A stretch of 64,000 bases of DNA from Taishania sp. (GCA_036758285.1 DAIOWV010000006.1:6100-70099); one strand, 5' to 3'. Positions 19,201-29,600 are shown, counted from the first letter of the stretch. Notes: generated from the sequence alone by a model not told the origin. A program made the numbers and translations.

Positions 19201-22200
19201 TGCAGGTAACTGTTCTGCTACAGCCAACTGGCCAACCCCGATTGCAACTGACAATTGTGGTATTGCCTCAATAATTGGAGATTTCTCCCCAGGTTCTACT
19301 TTCCCTGTTGGTGTAACAACAATTACTTATACAGCAACTGATGTAAATGGAAATACCAGTACTTGTACATTTGATGTTATTGTTAAAGCAAATCCAGCAA
19401 ACTTTAGTATGTCTGGATGTTCAGGGGACAGAGATATTTATATGTATTGGAATAATATATCCTCGACAGATTCATGTGCAACACCTGTCACACTAACAAC
19501 TCCAACGATTAATAATTTGTGTGGTAATTGGTGGTATGGTTCTGGTATTAATTCATACGTTCCTGGTACCTACAATTTTCCGATTGGAGTAACTCCCGTT
19601 CGTTATTACATAACAAATGGAGCAGACACTTTAAGATGTTCATATAATGTACGAGTGTATGATTATGCAAACCCTCAATTAGTAAGCGGTACAATGCCAA
19701 ATACTATCAGTATAAATGCAGATACTTGTGGAGGAGCACGTGTTACATGGACTCCACCTAGAGTTATAGACAATTGTAAGCTAGATACTGTATGGAGCAA
19801 CTACCAACCAGGCCAATTTTTTGCAACAGGAAGCTATTATGTTCGCTATTATGCAATGGATTCTGTTCTAAGATCTAATCATTGTTGTGGAAATCCGCTA
19901 GAATGGTATGCAGCAGAAGTAGGAGGATTCTATATTTATGTAAACAATCCTGATCCGGTAATAAATAATTGTCCTACAAACATTTCTCTTCCTGCAAATA
20001 CATGTGGAGGAGCTATTGTAAATTGGACACCACCAACAGTAACTGACAACTGTTATGTTATGACTTCCACACACAATCCTGGTGATATATTCCCTGTTGG
20101 AAATACAACAGTTATATATACCGTTACTCCTCAGGATGGTGGTTCTACAAGAACATGTTCATTTAATGTAAATGTACAACCCTATACGAATACAGTAACA
20201 AACTGTCCTAGTAATATCACAATTAATTTAGGTGCCAATGAATGTGATACAACATTATCATGGTTGGTTCCTCAATTTAATCATCCATGTGGAGTTGATA
20301 GTGTTATTTCTAATTACACTCCTGGATCTGTTTTCTTACCTGGCTCTCACAATGTGAATTATACAGCATACCTTGGAAACAGTGGTGGTACATTGAACTG
20401 TAACTTTATTATTAATATCAATGCATACACCGCACCTGTAACTATTACAAACTGTCCAAGTACTGGTTGGTTGGCAATTCAAGTCGATACATTACAATTC
20501 TGTGGTGAAACTATCGTTGACTGGATAACTCCAACATTTTCAACATCTACATGTATCAGTCCTATTGATACAGTTGTTTATACATCAACAATCGATAAAA
20601 ATGATACATTAACAATTGGATCTTATCCTATTCAATATACTGCATACGATTCCAATGGAAATATTTTAGGACAATGTTCTTTTACATTAGAAGTTATTGA
20701 TACTTTGTCTGAAATACGTGTATCTTGTCCAACTGACACATTCATTCAAGTGAACAACTCATACTCTTGTGATTCTGCTATAGTCTATTTCACAATACCT
20801 CAGTTTGAAAGTGTCGGATGTGCCACTCCTATTGACTCTGTATATTCTAACATATCTCCGGGGGATACATTAGAAAAAGGAACATATTGGGTTGAATATT
20901 ATGCCTTAGACTCTAATGATATCGTTATTAGTCAATGTAATTTTGAATTAATCGTTGGCGATACACTATCATCTCTAGCGTCTAATTGCCCTGGAACATA
21001 CAATGTCAATTGGGGAGAAGTAATATTTGATATTTACATGAATCCTGTTACATGTGAAGCTGTTGCAGACTGGATTGTACCTACATTTTCATCTTATGGA
21101 AGTTGTGCGGGTATTATAGACACAGTTGTACAAGTATCCGGGATAACTCAAGGAACAACTATTTACACTCTTGGATCTTTAAATCATGTAGAATATTCTG
21201 CACTTGATTCAAATGGAATGGTGTTGGAAACATGTAGATTTAGACCTGTAGTAATGTTTCATGATTCAACGTTTGTTTTCCCTTCTCGCGATACTATTAT
21301 TTTCACAGATCCAATTACTTGTCGAGCTACAGTCAATTGGGATACACCTCAATTTGGAGGTTATTGTGGTTTTACATCTTCAATAGGGGTAAATAACTAT
21401 TCTAGTAATTGGTGGACAAACAATGTTGATCCTTATCAAAACAATGCCAATCAATCTTTTCCGATAGGTACATATGATATATGGTATTATTATTATAATG
21501 GTGCTTATGGTAAGCAATACCAATTGACTATTCATGTAGTTGATGGTGCTCAACCAACATTTAATGCAACCTGTAATACAGATACCGTTACATTATATAC
21601 CAATTTTAATTCTTGTGAAGCTACGAGTACTTGGCCTATACCTGTCGCAACAAGTGGAATTTGTTCTAATAATACAGTTCTGCCTCTTGTTGCTAGTCAT
21701 CAACAAGGTACATTATTACCCATTGGGTATACAACTGTTGTGTACACGGCTACATCTGCAGGTAACCTTTCTGAAACTTGTGAATTTGTAGTCAATGTTA
21801 TTGACAATCAAGCTCCCTCTATCTATACATGTCCTGCTGACATCATCGTTCAAGTTGATAATGGCTGTGAAAAAGTTGTTACATGGGCTGTACCTGGAGT
21901 ATTTGATAACTGTCAAAATGTTTCTCTGACTTCATCACACACACCAGGAGATACGTTTTCAATAGGAACAACAACGGTAACTTATATAGCTACTGATGCT
22001 TCAGGAAATACAAGTAATTGTTCGTTCAATGTAACCGTAAGAGATAATATTTCTCCAGTTTTTGCGAATTGCCCTTCAAATATAAATGTCAATAATGAAG
22101 CTGGTTTATGTGGAGCAATTGTATCGTGGGCTTCCCCTTCAGTTACAGATAATTGTACATATACACTGACTAGCACTCATTCTTCAGGAGATCTGTTTGC

Positions 22201-23578
22201 TATAGGAACAACAACTGTAACCTATACAGCAACGGATACTGAAGGAAATAGTAATTCATGTTCATTCAACATAACAGTTGAAGATAACACAGCACCGGTT
22301 ATCACAGGATGTCCTTCAGATATTCATCTGAATAATAATGTAAACACTTGTGGTGCCATTGCAACATGGACAACTCCTATAATCACAGATGACTGCTCAT
22401 ATACATTAACAGCATCTCACAATTCTGGTGACATATTTCCGATTGGAATAACAGTCGTTACTTACACAGCGACCGACAGTGAAGGCAACACCAGTTCTTG
22501 TGTATTTGCAGTAACAGTGAATGATACTGAATTACCTGTAATTACAAATTGCCCTTCAACTATTAATGTGAATAGTGAAAATAGTATTTGTGGAGCAACT
22601 GTTACATGGACAATACCTGTAGCTACTGATAATTGCCCCAATATTTCATTTGTTTCAACTCATAATTCAGGTACCGTATTTCCGATTGGAACAACAACTG
22701 TTACTTATACGGCAACAGATAATGCAGGAAATGTAAGCACTTGTTCTTTTGATGTTACAGTTACAGATGTTACAGCACCTATATTATTAAACTGTCCTTC
22801 TAATATTACAGTAAATTCATTGCATAATATCTGTGCATCGCCAGTTAGCTGGTCAGCACCAACAATTTCAGATCCTTGTTCTAATTCAATCATTTATAGT
22901 TCTCATCAATCTGGAGATATTTTCAATGTTGGAACAACGATTGTTACTTATACAGTAACTGATGTCGCTGGAAACAGTAATTCATGCTCTTTTAATGTAA
23001 ATGTGACTGATATCTCTGCACCGCAGATTACTTCATGTCCTCAAAATCAAACGATAGAAGTTAAAGAAGGGCTGTGTACGGTTCCAGCAGGATGGTCTAC
23101 TCCTATTGCATTGGACAATTGTTCTGGAGTGACATTAACAAGTACACATAATAGCGGTCATAATTTTGCTATTGGTACAACAATCGTTACCTATACAGCA
23201 ACCGACGATCAAGGACTTCAAGCTGTGTGTAGCTTTAGCATAACTGTTATTGATCCTAACGGATATTGTGGTACACCTACTAGTGATACAACGAATATAA
23301 AAGTTCCTGAGGCTATCACTCCTGATGGAGATGGTGTTAATGATTTCCTTGTCATTAAAGGAATTGACAAATTCCCCGAAAATGAGTTAATTATTTTCAA
23401 CAGATGGGGTAATGAAGTATATCGAGAAATTGGTTATTCAAATCAGTGGGATGGGTTTATGAATGTTGGAAAAGGGTTAGAAGGAACTCAATTACCAACA
23501 GGAACTTATTTCTATGTACTTGATACAAAAGATAAAATTGTAGGAGTACTTAAAGGATATATCTATTTACAACGATAA
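16280..23578 (+). CDS. Giant T9SS type B cargo (putative adhesin) with SprB-like and about 17 HYR-like repeats
   Basis: 2432 aa; signal LFS|Q; YYWVG N-terminal motif; GxxPYTYSW repeats; CP.NI..W..P.ATDNC..FP.GTTTVTYTATD..GN...CSF.VTV repeats; type B CTD ITPDGDGVND..IFNRWG..WDG..GTYFY. Confidence 0.9.
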   Translation: MIKRLSFFWLQTFFVCFSTFLFSQNTYYWVGDAGDGEWGSPGNWSNVSNGSGGSYLLPPSPVDDVVFDHNSFSVGNNIVRTSAFSGALCRNMTWTSGVTNAPIFEEHPETPFVILGNLTLQANVTFRAQILFSGNNPAVITSNGCRIGGNIYIDKPNTFVTLADSLMLYHVSETHARTGTIVLNRGTFDLKGNNIYANGFYSDGNGTRHINMQNSIMHFRSSTIVPTLPRYPYDYYENSSGTITSSSYCFTYIGTNKTVNAANSTVRIEYPYNAVNISGGTQLTFHNFEHIKSSATTVPSSTYSNSIINKITIDGPVAHNISSTSGIIDTVLCGIDGIQPNYYRYVGGSGTRFKRIEFRGIYNTTSSSYFDQVAGSNLQADSILFNTTSNDPNAVNKHYLSTSGTGTQIGYVFFKSRGVIDGASNNITKTYFDNHGYLSGNSNRIRFLEYNINGWMHGTGNIMDTLVFSPGYTYRFGVGVNNTVNKKWYASGNPCYFTEVYNVGATSTATITVNQLDPAEYDYIRFWGVTAAGSSAPIHAGVRSVDIANNTNIIFAPYAPLSLLYPFGTDSLSVCSTNLPITLNTNGFYGNTNTSFVWHDGSTLDSFVVNSPGIYTATANYGRNCYYTASLTVLDQLSVSLAESSPGSSIVCDPSNPTGEITANPIGYGSGPYTYSWNSVPIQTGQTLTGVPVGQYIVTVSDTSGCSATDTTNIIGPSTKLNVVASSIYPDCDPTSVGTGYISTTTTGGIAPYTYSWNTTPVQTTTYADQLNDGVYELVVTDSIGCISDTLSSVVPVQTGAFTSSVTVVNPTGCNTTGSASTSVVGGTSPFQYVWSNDIAEVSNTSSNIPIGNHNVLIVDANNCANNNPFTIITPDNIVPVFSGCPSNIVLSTTGFCGTPYTWPEPTATDNCGTVTVTRSHNPGYNFPTGLTTVTYTATDLFGNQSTCSFTVTVNDTEGPVFALCPNNITITANAGNCSATANWPTPIATDNCGIASIIGDFSPGSTFPVGVTTITYTATDVNGNTSTCTFDVIVKANPANFSMSGCSGDRDIYMYWNNISSTDSCATPVTLTTPTINNLCGNWWYGSGINSYVPGTYNFPIGVTPVRYYITNGADTLRCSYNVRVYDYANPQLVSGTMPNTISINADTCGGARVTWTPPRVIDNCKLDTVWSNYQPGQFFATGSYYVRYYAMDSVLRSNHCCGNPLEWYAAEVGGFYIYVNNPDPVINNCPTNISLPANTCGGAIVNWTPPTVTDNCYVMTSTHNPGDIFPVGNTTVIYTVTPQDGGSTRTCSFNVNVQPYTNTVTNCPSNITINLGANECDTTLSWLVPQFNHPCGVDSVISNYTPGSVFLPGSHNVNYTAYLGNSGGTLNCNFIININAYTAPVTITNCPSTGWLAIQVDTLQFCGETIVDWITPTFSTSTCISPIDTVVYTSTIDKNDTLTIGSYPIQYTAYDSNGNILGQCSFTLEVIDTLSEIRVSCPTDTFIQVNNSYSCDSAIVYFTIPQFESVGCATPIDSVYSNISPGDTLEKGTYWVEYYALDSNDIVISQCNFELIVGDTLSSLASNCPGTYNVNWGEVIFDIYMNPVTCEAVADWIVPTFSSYGSCAGIIDTVVQVSGITQGTTIYTLGSLNHVEYSALDSNGMVLETCRFRPVVMFHDSTFVFPSRDTIIFTDPITCRATVNWDTPQFGGYCGFTSSIGVNNYSSNWWTNNVDPYQNNANQSFPIGTYDIWYYYYNGAYGKQYQLTIHVVDGAQPTFNATCNTDTVTLYTNFNSCEATSTWPIPVATSGICSNNTVLPLVASHQQGTLLPIGYTTVVYTATSAGNLSETCEFVVNVIDNQAPSIYTCPADIIVQVDNGCEKVVTWAVPGVFDNCQNVSLTSSHTPGDTFSIGTTTVTYIATDASGNTSNCSFNVTVRDNISPVFANCPSNINVNNEAGLCGAIVSWASPSVTDNCTYTLTSTHSSGDLFAIGTTTVTYTATDTEGNSNSCSFNITVEDNTAPVITGCPSDIHLNNNVNTCGAIATWTTPIITDDCSYTLTASHNSGDIFPIGITVVTYTATDSEGNTSSCVFAVTVNDTELPVITNCPSTINVNSENSICGATVTWTIPVATDNCPNISFVSTHNSGTVFPIGTTTVTYTATDNAGNVSTCSFDVTVTDVTAPILLNCPSNITVNSLHNICASPVSWSAPTISDPCSNSIIYSSHQSGDIFNVGTTIVTYTVTDVAGNSNSCSFNVNVTDISAPQITSCPQNQTIEVKEGLCTVPAGWSTPIALDNCSGVTLTSTHNSGHNFAIGTTIVTYTATDDQGLQAVCSFSITVIDPNGYCGTPTSDTTNIKVPEAITPDGDGVNDFLVIKGIDKFPENELIIFNRWGNEVYREIGYSNQWDGFMNVGKGLEGTQLPTGTYFYVLDTKDKIVGVLKGYIYLQR
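18902..23251 (+). repeat. Array of about 17 HYR-like protein repeats of roughly 80-100 aa
   Basis: Counted by eye in the translation; nucleotide copies are diverged. Confidence 0.8.
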
Positions 23579-23606
23579 TTAGAAGGAATTGAAATAACAA
23601 AAAGAT

Positions 23607-24536
23607 ATGAAAAATAATTTTCAATACATAATAATTTATACGGGAATCCTGATTTCATGTATAAGTATGCAGGTACGAGCTCAACAAGATCCTCACTTTG
23701 CTCAGTATTTTGATAACACATTATTTGTGAATCCAGCATATGCAGGAAGTAAAGAGGTTTTAAATATCACTGCTATCCATCGTGAACAATGGACAGGATT
23801 CAATGGTAGACCTCGTTCTACAACAATTAGTATTCACTCACCTCTCCCCTATGAATCCATAGGGGTTGGGTTAACTGCTGTAAATGATCAGGTTGGACCT
23901 ATGAATCAGACTATGATTTATGGAGATGTATCATATACTCTACGTTTTAAGAACAGTAAAAGTCGCTTAGCTTTTGGTGTAAAAGGGGGAATAAATGTTA
24001 TCAATGGTCGTTTTTCAGAACTTGAAACAAGTGTAGCTAACGATGCAAAATTGATGCAAAACATTTCAAACAAAATCAATCCAAATTTTGGCTTTGGAAT
24101 TTATTATCACACTCCTAAATTTTTCGTAGGTGTAAGTAGCCCAAAAATGATGCAACGTAGTTATTACGAAGTAAGCTCAACAAATCTTGAACAACGTCAC
24201 TACTTTGGTATTATCGGAGGTGTTTTACCATTATCTACAATGTGGAAAATCAGACCTTCTGTACAGGTTAAAATGACTGAAGGAGCACCTGTAAGTTATG
24301 ACCTAAGCGCAGCTTTTATCTATAATGATCTATTTTGGATTGGAGGTATGTATAGATGGGATGCTGCAGCTGGTGCATTTATTCAAGTTCATTTGACTCG
24401 TCAGTTTAAAATAGGATTGGCATCAGAATTTGGGGTCAAATCAATACGTAATTATAATAGCGGAACGTTTGAAGTATTATTATCATATGATTTCAGATTT
24501 AAAAAACAAGGTATACGTTCTCCACGTTATTTTTAA
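23607..24536 (+). CDS. T9SS membrane protein, PorP/SprF family
   Basis: AQQDPHFAQY..NPAYAGS..HREQW; C-terminal GTFEVLLSYDF..SPRYF; directly after a type B CTD gene. Confidence 0.92.
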   Translation: MKNNFQYIIIYTGILISCISMQVRAQQDPHFAQYFDNTLFVNPAYAGSKEVLNITAIHREQWTGFNGRPRSTTISIHSPLPYESIGVGLTAVNDQVGPMNQTMIYGDVSYTLRFKNSKSRLAFGVKGGINVINGRFSELETSVANDAKLMQNISNKINPNFGFGIYYHTPKFFVGVSSPKMMQRSYYEVSSTNLEQRHYFGIIGGVLPLSTMWKIRPSVQVKMTEGAPVSYDLSAAFIYNDLFWIGGMYRWDAAAGAFIQVHLTRQFKIGLASEFGVKSIRNYNSGTFEVLLSYDFRFKKQGIRSPRYF

Positions 24537-24556
24537 ATAATCATTAATTAACGACG

Positions 24557-26779
24557 ATGAAAAAAATTATATTTCTTATTTCAATACTCATTTTGAATTT
24601 TTCTTTTGGACAGGTATTGAAGTTAAATAAAGCAAATGATTATTATTCCAAGCTTTCTTATGCTTATAGTGCTGAATTATATCAACAATTAATCGGTAGT
24701 GAATTTGACGGTCCCGAATTAAAGTCAAAATTAGCTTATTCATACTATAAAACTGGTGATTTAATAAGGTCAGAATCTGTTTACCGTCAAATGATTTTAA
24801 CCGAAGACGCAACAAGTAAAGATTTTTATACTTATTCCCAAGTATTAAAACAAAACGGGAAATATGAAGAATCTGATGAATGGATGAATCGCTTTCATAA
24901 AAGAGAGGCCTCTGATTATCGAGGGCAATTATTTTCAGAAAATAAAAATTACAAAAAATCACTTGATAAACAATCGCCACTATTTGAAATTAAAACCGTG
25001 GATTTTAATTCAGCAACTTCTGATTTTGGAGGTTACATTAGTGCTGATGGAAAATCGCTCTATTTCATATCTGGAAGAAAAAATAATGCTATGATTGAAA
25101 GAGAATGGGCTTGGAACAAAAGTAATTTATTGGATATTTATAAATCTGATATCCAAGCTGATTTTAAAGTGTCTGAAGTCAAAAAACTAAAAAAACTAAC
25201 GACAAAACTTCATGAAGGACCTCTTTGCTTTTCTTCCAATGGAACAAAAGTATATTATACAAGAAATAATGAGACAAAAGAAAGGGATAATAACGGAATA
25301 CGAAATTTAAAAATATACAGTGCAGATGTAAATTCTGATGGTAGTTTTTCAAATGAATCGATTCTTCCTTTCTGTTCAACAGACTATTCAGTTGGCCACC
25401 CTTCCATATCTAAGGATGGTAAAACTTTATATTTTTCTTCTGATATGCCTGGTTCAATTGGTGGAGCAGACATCTGGAAAGTGGATGTAAATACTGATGG
25501 AAGTTATGGTACCCCTGTTAATTTAGGTAAAGGAATAAACACGGAAGGAGATGAATTATTTCCTTGGATTAACTCTGAAGGAACTCTTTTTTATTCCTCT
25601 AATGGATTAATGGGCTACGGAGGATTAGATGTATATGCCGTTCTATCAAAAGACGATAAATATTCCAAACCAGTAAATTTAGGTGCTCCAATTAACGGAC
25701 GATCTGATGATTTCGCATTTGTAATGAGTAACGATAACAAAAGAGGATTCTTTTCTTCAAATAGAACTGGAGGATTGGGGAGTGATGATATTTATTATTT
25801 CAACCAAATCAATCCTATTAAAGCTGGAAAATCCCTAAAGGGAGGAGTTAAGGATTTATTAACTGGAGAAGAATTAGAGAATGTACAGGTCTTAATTGCT
25901 GACAAAAATGGAAAAATAATTGACAGTATGGAAGTGAATCAATCTAGTTTCAACCTTATACTTCCTGAAATTGAAGAAGGATTACAGCTTATTACCAACA
26001 AAGATGGCTATGTGCGTGAAACAAAAACAATAATTGTTCAACCTGACAAAACGGATTATGAAGAAGAAATTCTATTACTTCCAATTTTAAAATATCATTT
26101 TATAGGAGAGATTAAAGATAAGGAAACAAATCAAGCACTTGATGATGTAAAAATTTCAATAAGAGATAAATCAAAGTCGATAGTGTTTGAATCTTTAAAA
26201 ACCAATAGTAATGGTAAATTCTCTTCTTCTGTCATTCCATATGAATATAAGGATGAAGTATATTATGATTTTTCATTAGAAAAAAACGGGTATGTTTCTA
26301 AAACAATTTCATTAGTAGAAGTACTTCAAAGAAATGAAAAAATAGAAGTTAGCAACAATTTATTCAAAATGACAAAAATAGAACTAGGAAAAACTGATTT
26401 GAATGATGTTATTCAAATTAATCCCATTTATTTTGATTTAAATAGCTCTATTATACGACCAGATGCAGCAGCTGAACTAGATAAAGTAGTGAAAATCATG
26501 AAAGAAAATACTGGAATGGTGATTGAACTAGGATCTCACACTGATAGTCGTTCTACTGACCATTATAATCTTTGGTTATCGGACAGACGAGCAAAATCTT
26601 CCGCAGCATACATAATTTCTAAAGGAATCGATGCTACCAGAATAACTGGAAAGGGATATGGAAAATCCAAATTAAAAATTAGTGATGCAGAAATCAACAA
26701 AGTGTCAACTGAAGCTGAAAAAGAAGTATTACATCAAACAAACAGACGTACAGAATTTATCATCGTAAAGATGAAATAA
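24557..26779 (+). CDS. PorE-like protein (TPR, PD40 propeller, carboxypeptidase-regulatory-like, OmpA peptidoglycan-binding domain)
   Basis: PD40 motifs LYFSSDMPG..GGADIW and FFSSNRTGG.GSDDIY; OmpA_C IYFDL..GSHTDSR..LSDRRA..GYG..NRRTEF. Confidence 0.88.
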   Translation: MKKIIFLISILILNFSFGQVLKLNKANDYYSKLSYAYSAELYQQLIGSEFDGPELKSKLAYSYYKTGDLIRSESVYRQMILTEDATSKDFYTYSQVLKQNGKYEESDEWMNRFHKREASDYRGQLFSENKNYKKSLDKQSPLFEIKTVDFNSATSDFGGYISADGKSLYFISGRKNNAMIEREWAWNKSNLLDIYKSDIQADFKVSEVKKLKKLTTKLHEGPLCFSSNGTKVYYTRNNETKERDNNGIRNLKIYSADVNSDGSFSNESILPFCSTDYSVGHPSISKDGKTLYFSSDMPGSIGGADIWKVDVNTDGSYGTPVNLGKGINTEGDELFPWINSEGTLFYSSNGLMGYGGLDVYAVLSKDDKYSKPVNLGAPINGRSDDFAFVMSNDNKRGFFSSNRTGGLGSDDIYYFNQINPIKAGKSLKGGVKDLLTGEELENVQVLIADKNGKIIDSMEVNQSSFNLILPEIEEGLQLITNKDGYVRETKTIIVQPDKTDYEEEILLLPILKYHFIGEIKDKETNQALDDVKISIRDKSKSIVFESLKTNSNGKFSSSVIPYEYKDEVYYDFSLEKNGYVSKTISLVEVLQRNEKIEVSNNLFKMTKIELGKTDLNDVIQINPIYFDLNSSIIRPDAAAELDKVVKIMKENTGMVIELGSHTDSRSTDHYNLWLSDRRAKSSAAYIISKGIDATRITGKGYGKSKLKISDAEINKVSTEAEKEVLHQTNRRTEFIIVKMK

Positions 26780-26791
26780 ACTTAATAAAGT

Positions 26792-26817
26792 CCTAGTCTT
26801 AATCAATTAAGGCTAGG
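26792..26817. terminator. Hairpin between convergent genes, probable terminator
   Basis: CCTAGTCTTAAT-CA-ATTAAGGCTAGG. Confidence 0.6.
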
Positions 26818-26859
26818 CTATTTATTGCAATCATAAAAATTAAATATAAAGGAGAAAAA

Positions 26860-27627
26860 CTATCTTGTCAAAACAACATAGTCTTGTAGTACATTTTCAA
26901 GAAACTCTAAACGTTGTTTCTCAATTGGCTCAATCCCCATTAGACGAGTTGTTTCTGCACACAATTCCTTTCCAAATTTGATGGTTTCTGGAGTTGGATA
27001 TTTTCGTAAACGAATTATTGTATTTTTAATCAACATCATATCCTCATCAGTAAAACGAACAACTTGTGGATATTTAATTTCATGATTTGCACTATTTTTA
27101 ATAGTTAACACATCTTTTAAAGTATAAAAATTTCGCTGTTTTGTTTTAATTGCAATAGTATTTGATAACACATCTGCCAATCGTTGTCTATTAGATGTAA
27201 GACCAATAACAGCAATAGCTACTACCCCCATTCCGAACCAAACAAAAATCAAAAAATTGGCAGAAATCCAAAGAAAATCTCCCTTAAAAATCCAACGAGT
27301 AAATACTTCTTTTAATTTTGGCCTATCACCGTTAATTGTTACAATTCTAACACCAACAATATATTTACCTAAAGTCTGTCCATTCATGAAATATTCACAA
27401 ATAGGATTATAAAAAATCCATGGTAATTTAACAATAAACAACCAAAAAATTTCAGAAAAACTATTGGCTCTAAAAATCATCGATTCTCCCAAAAATGCGA
27501 TGATTACTAGAAAGTAAACGAAAAATACAGCCATGTCTATCATCGCCGCAAGTAATCGTTGCCCCGAACTTGCTAAGGAAAATTCAACCGAAACATATTG
27601 TGATGATTCAAAATTGACAGTACTCAT
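26860..27627 (-). CDS. RDD family membrane protein
   Basis: LASSGQRLLAAMID, GQTLGK, QRLADVLSNT. Confidence 0.88.
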   Translation of the reverse strand: MSTVNFESSQYVSVEFSLASSGQRLLAAMIDMAVFFVYFLVIIAFLGESMIFRANSFSEIFWLFIVKLPWIFYNPICEYFMNGQTLGKYIVGVRIVTINGDRPKLKEVFTRWIFKGDFLWISANFLIFVWFGMGVVAIAVIGLTSNRQRLADVLSNTIAIKTKQRNFYTLKDVLTIKNSANHEIKYPQVVRFTDEDMMLIKNTIIRLRKYPTPETIKFGKELCAETTRLMGIEPIEKQRLEFLENVLQDYVVLTR

Positions 27628-27751
27628 TTTTATATACTTTACTTTTTTCTAAGATTAAAGATAGTCAATTATTTCAAAAATCAATTTGACATTTCCCTTC
27701 ACCCAAAACAATACTGAATTACATTGAATCATTTTATTAATTTTACAATCT

Positions 27752-29596
27752 ATGAAAAGTACATTAGAAATATACAAACACACATTCAAATACAAAAGAC
27801 TCGCTTTTGTTGTTATTTTTTATAATTTATTGTTTGTTATTTTCAATCTTCTATCAATGGTTCTTTTTATCCCATTTTTAGAACTCATTTTCCCATCTGA
27901 TCTCAACCAAACAATAACACCAATCAAACCAGTATTTGATGGTTCGATTAAAGGTAGCATAGAATATATATCAAATTATTACAGCTATTTCACTCAAAGC
28001 ATGGTTGCTGAAAGTCCAAAAAATGCTTTACTCTTTGTTTGTATTTCCGTAATGATTGCTTTTTTCTTAAAAAATCTTTTTAGGTATGGTGCAATTTGGT
28101 ATCAATCTCAATTACGAATGGCGGTGGTTCGAGATGTTCGCCAAAATTTATTCGATAAAGCAATGGGATTACCTTTGGCTTATTATAGTAATGAACGAAA
28201 AGGTGATTTAATGTCCAGAATACAAAGCGATGTTGGTGAAATTGAAATCGCTGTAATTGCAGTATTGGAACTCTTTTTTAGAGAACCTATTGCTGTAATT
28301 TTAAATGTTGCTGCTTTACTCTATTGGAGTCCTCAACTTACTTTGTTTTCTTTTATTCTACTGCCAATTTCTGCATTGGTCATTTCAAGAATTGGAAAAA
28401 GCTTAAAACGAACAGCAGGACAAGAACGAATCGAATTGGGTGTTTTATTTTCTAAAATGGAAGAAGCACTTGGAGGAATTCGAATAATTAAAGCTTTTAA
28501 TGCTCAAAAATTCATTAAAGACTCTTTTGGGAAAACCAATTTAAGACATCAACAATTAACAACAAAAGCATTTCGAAAAAGAGACTTATCTCCTCCTTTA
28601 AACGAATTTTTAGCTGTAGCTGTTATGCTGGGAATCGTTTGGTATGGTGGTAGTATGATATTGGACAATCAAACTACCAATGGATTTGATGGACCACAAT
28701 TTATTGGATTCATTTTGGTTTTTTCTCAATTGTTAAGACCAATTCAGGGTATTTCTACATCTATAGCCAATTTGAATAAAGCACAGGCAGCCCAAAATAG
28801 AATAAATGAAATTCTTAATACTGATGATCAAATTCATGAAGTAAATAATGCAATCGATAAAATCGATTTTTCTGAAGGTATTCATTATAAAAATGTAAAT
28901 TTTTCATACAACGATGAACCTATTTTAAAAAACATTTCATTTTCCATTCCGAAAGGAAAAACGGTTGCTTTGGTTGGTGAATCCGGAAGCGGAAAGTCCA
29001 CAATTTCAGATTTGTTACCTCGATTTTATGATGTAAAAAATGGTGAGATTGTAATTGACAATACGAATATTCGCGATATGAAACTTGACTATTTACGTAG
29101 TAAAATAGGGATAGTCAATCAAGAGTCGATTTTATTTAATGGAACAGTTGCAGAAAATATTTCATTTGGTAAACCCAATGCGACTCGTGAAGAAATAATA
29201 GACGCTGCAAAAATTGCTAACGCACATAAGTTTATTGAAGAACTAGAAAATGGTTATGACACACAAATTGGAGAGCGTGGAAACAAACTTTCTGGTGGTC
29301 AAAAACAACGAGTTAGTATCGCAAGAGCTATATTGAAAAATCCAGACATTTTAATTTTAGATGAAGCAACTTCTGCTCTAGATACTGAATCTGAAAAATT
29401 AGTTCAAGAGGCTTTAAATAAATTAATGGCAGATCGTACTTCATTAGTCATTGCACACCGATTAAGTACCATTCGAAATGCAGATGAAATCATTGTTTTA
29501 TCGAAAGGTGAAATTATTGAAAGAGGAACGCATCAAGAATTACTTCAAAAAGGAGGAACGTATTCATACCTCTCTTCTTTACAGGGAATATCTTAG
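27752..29596 (+). CDS. ABC transporter fused permease/ATPase, MsbA-like
   Basis: N-terminal TM domain; GESGSGKST, LSGGQKQR, LDEATSALD, IAHRLST. Confidence 0.9.
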   Translation: MKSTLEIYKHTFKYKRLAFVVIFYNLLFVIFNLLSMVLFIPFLELIFPSDLNQTITPIKPVFDGSIKGSIEYISNYYSYFTQSMVAESPKNALLFVCISVMIAFFLKNLFRYGAIWYQSQLRMAVVRDVRQNLFDKAMGLPLAYYSNERKGDLMSRIQSDVGEIEIAVIAVLELFFREPIAVILNVAALLYWSPQLTLFSFILLPISALVISRIGKSLKRTAGQERIELGVLFSKMEEALGGIRIIKAFNAQKFIKDSFGKTNLRHQQLTTKAFRKRDLSPPLNEFLAVAVMLGIVWYGGSMILDNQTTNGFDGPQFIGFILVFSQLLRPIQGISTSIANLNKAQAAQNRINEILNTDDQIHEVNNAIDKIDFSEGIHYKNVNFSYNDEPILKNISFSIPKGKTVALVGESGSGKSTISDLLPRFYDVKNGEIVIDNTNIRDMKLDYLRSKIGIVNQESILFNGTVAENISFGKPNATREEIIDAAKIANAHKFIEELENGYDTQIGERGNKLSGGQKQRVSIARAILKNPDILILDEATSALDTESEKLVQEALNKLMADRTSLVIAHRLSTIRNADEIIVLSKGEIIERGTHQELLQKGGTYSYLSSLQGIS

Positions 29597-29600
29597 AGCT

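Noticed and set aside
18902..23251. CRISPR array or DNA tandem repeat
   Set aside because: Repeats are in-frame diverged protein domains, not identical repeats with spacers; no cas genes
29478..29600. N-terminal extension overlapping the ABC transporter
   Set aside because: ATG 29601 gives a non-overlapping membrane protein; the extension is an alternate frame of the transporter
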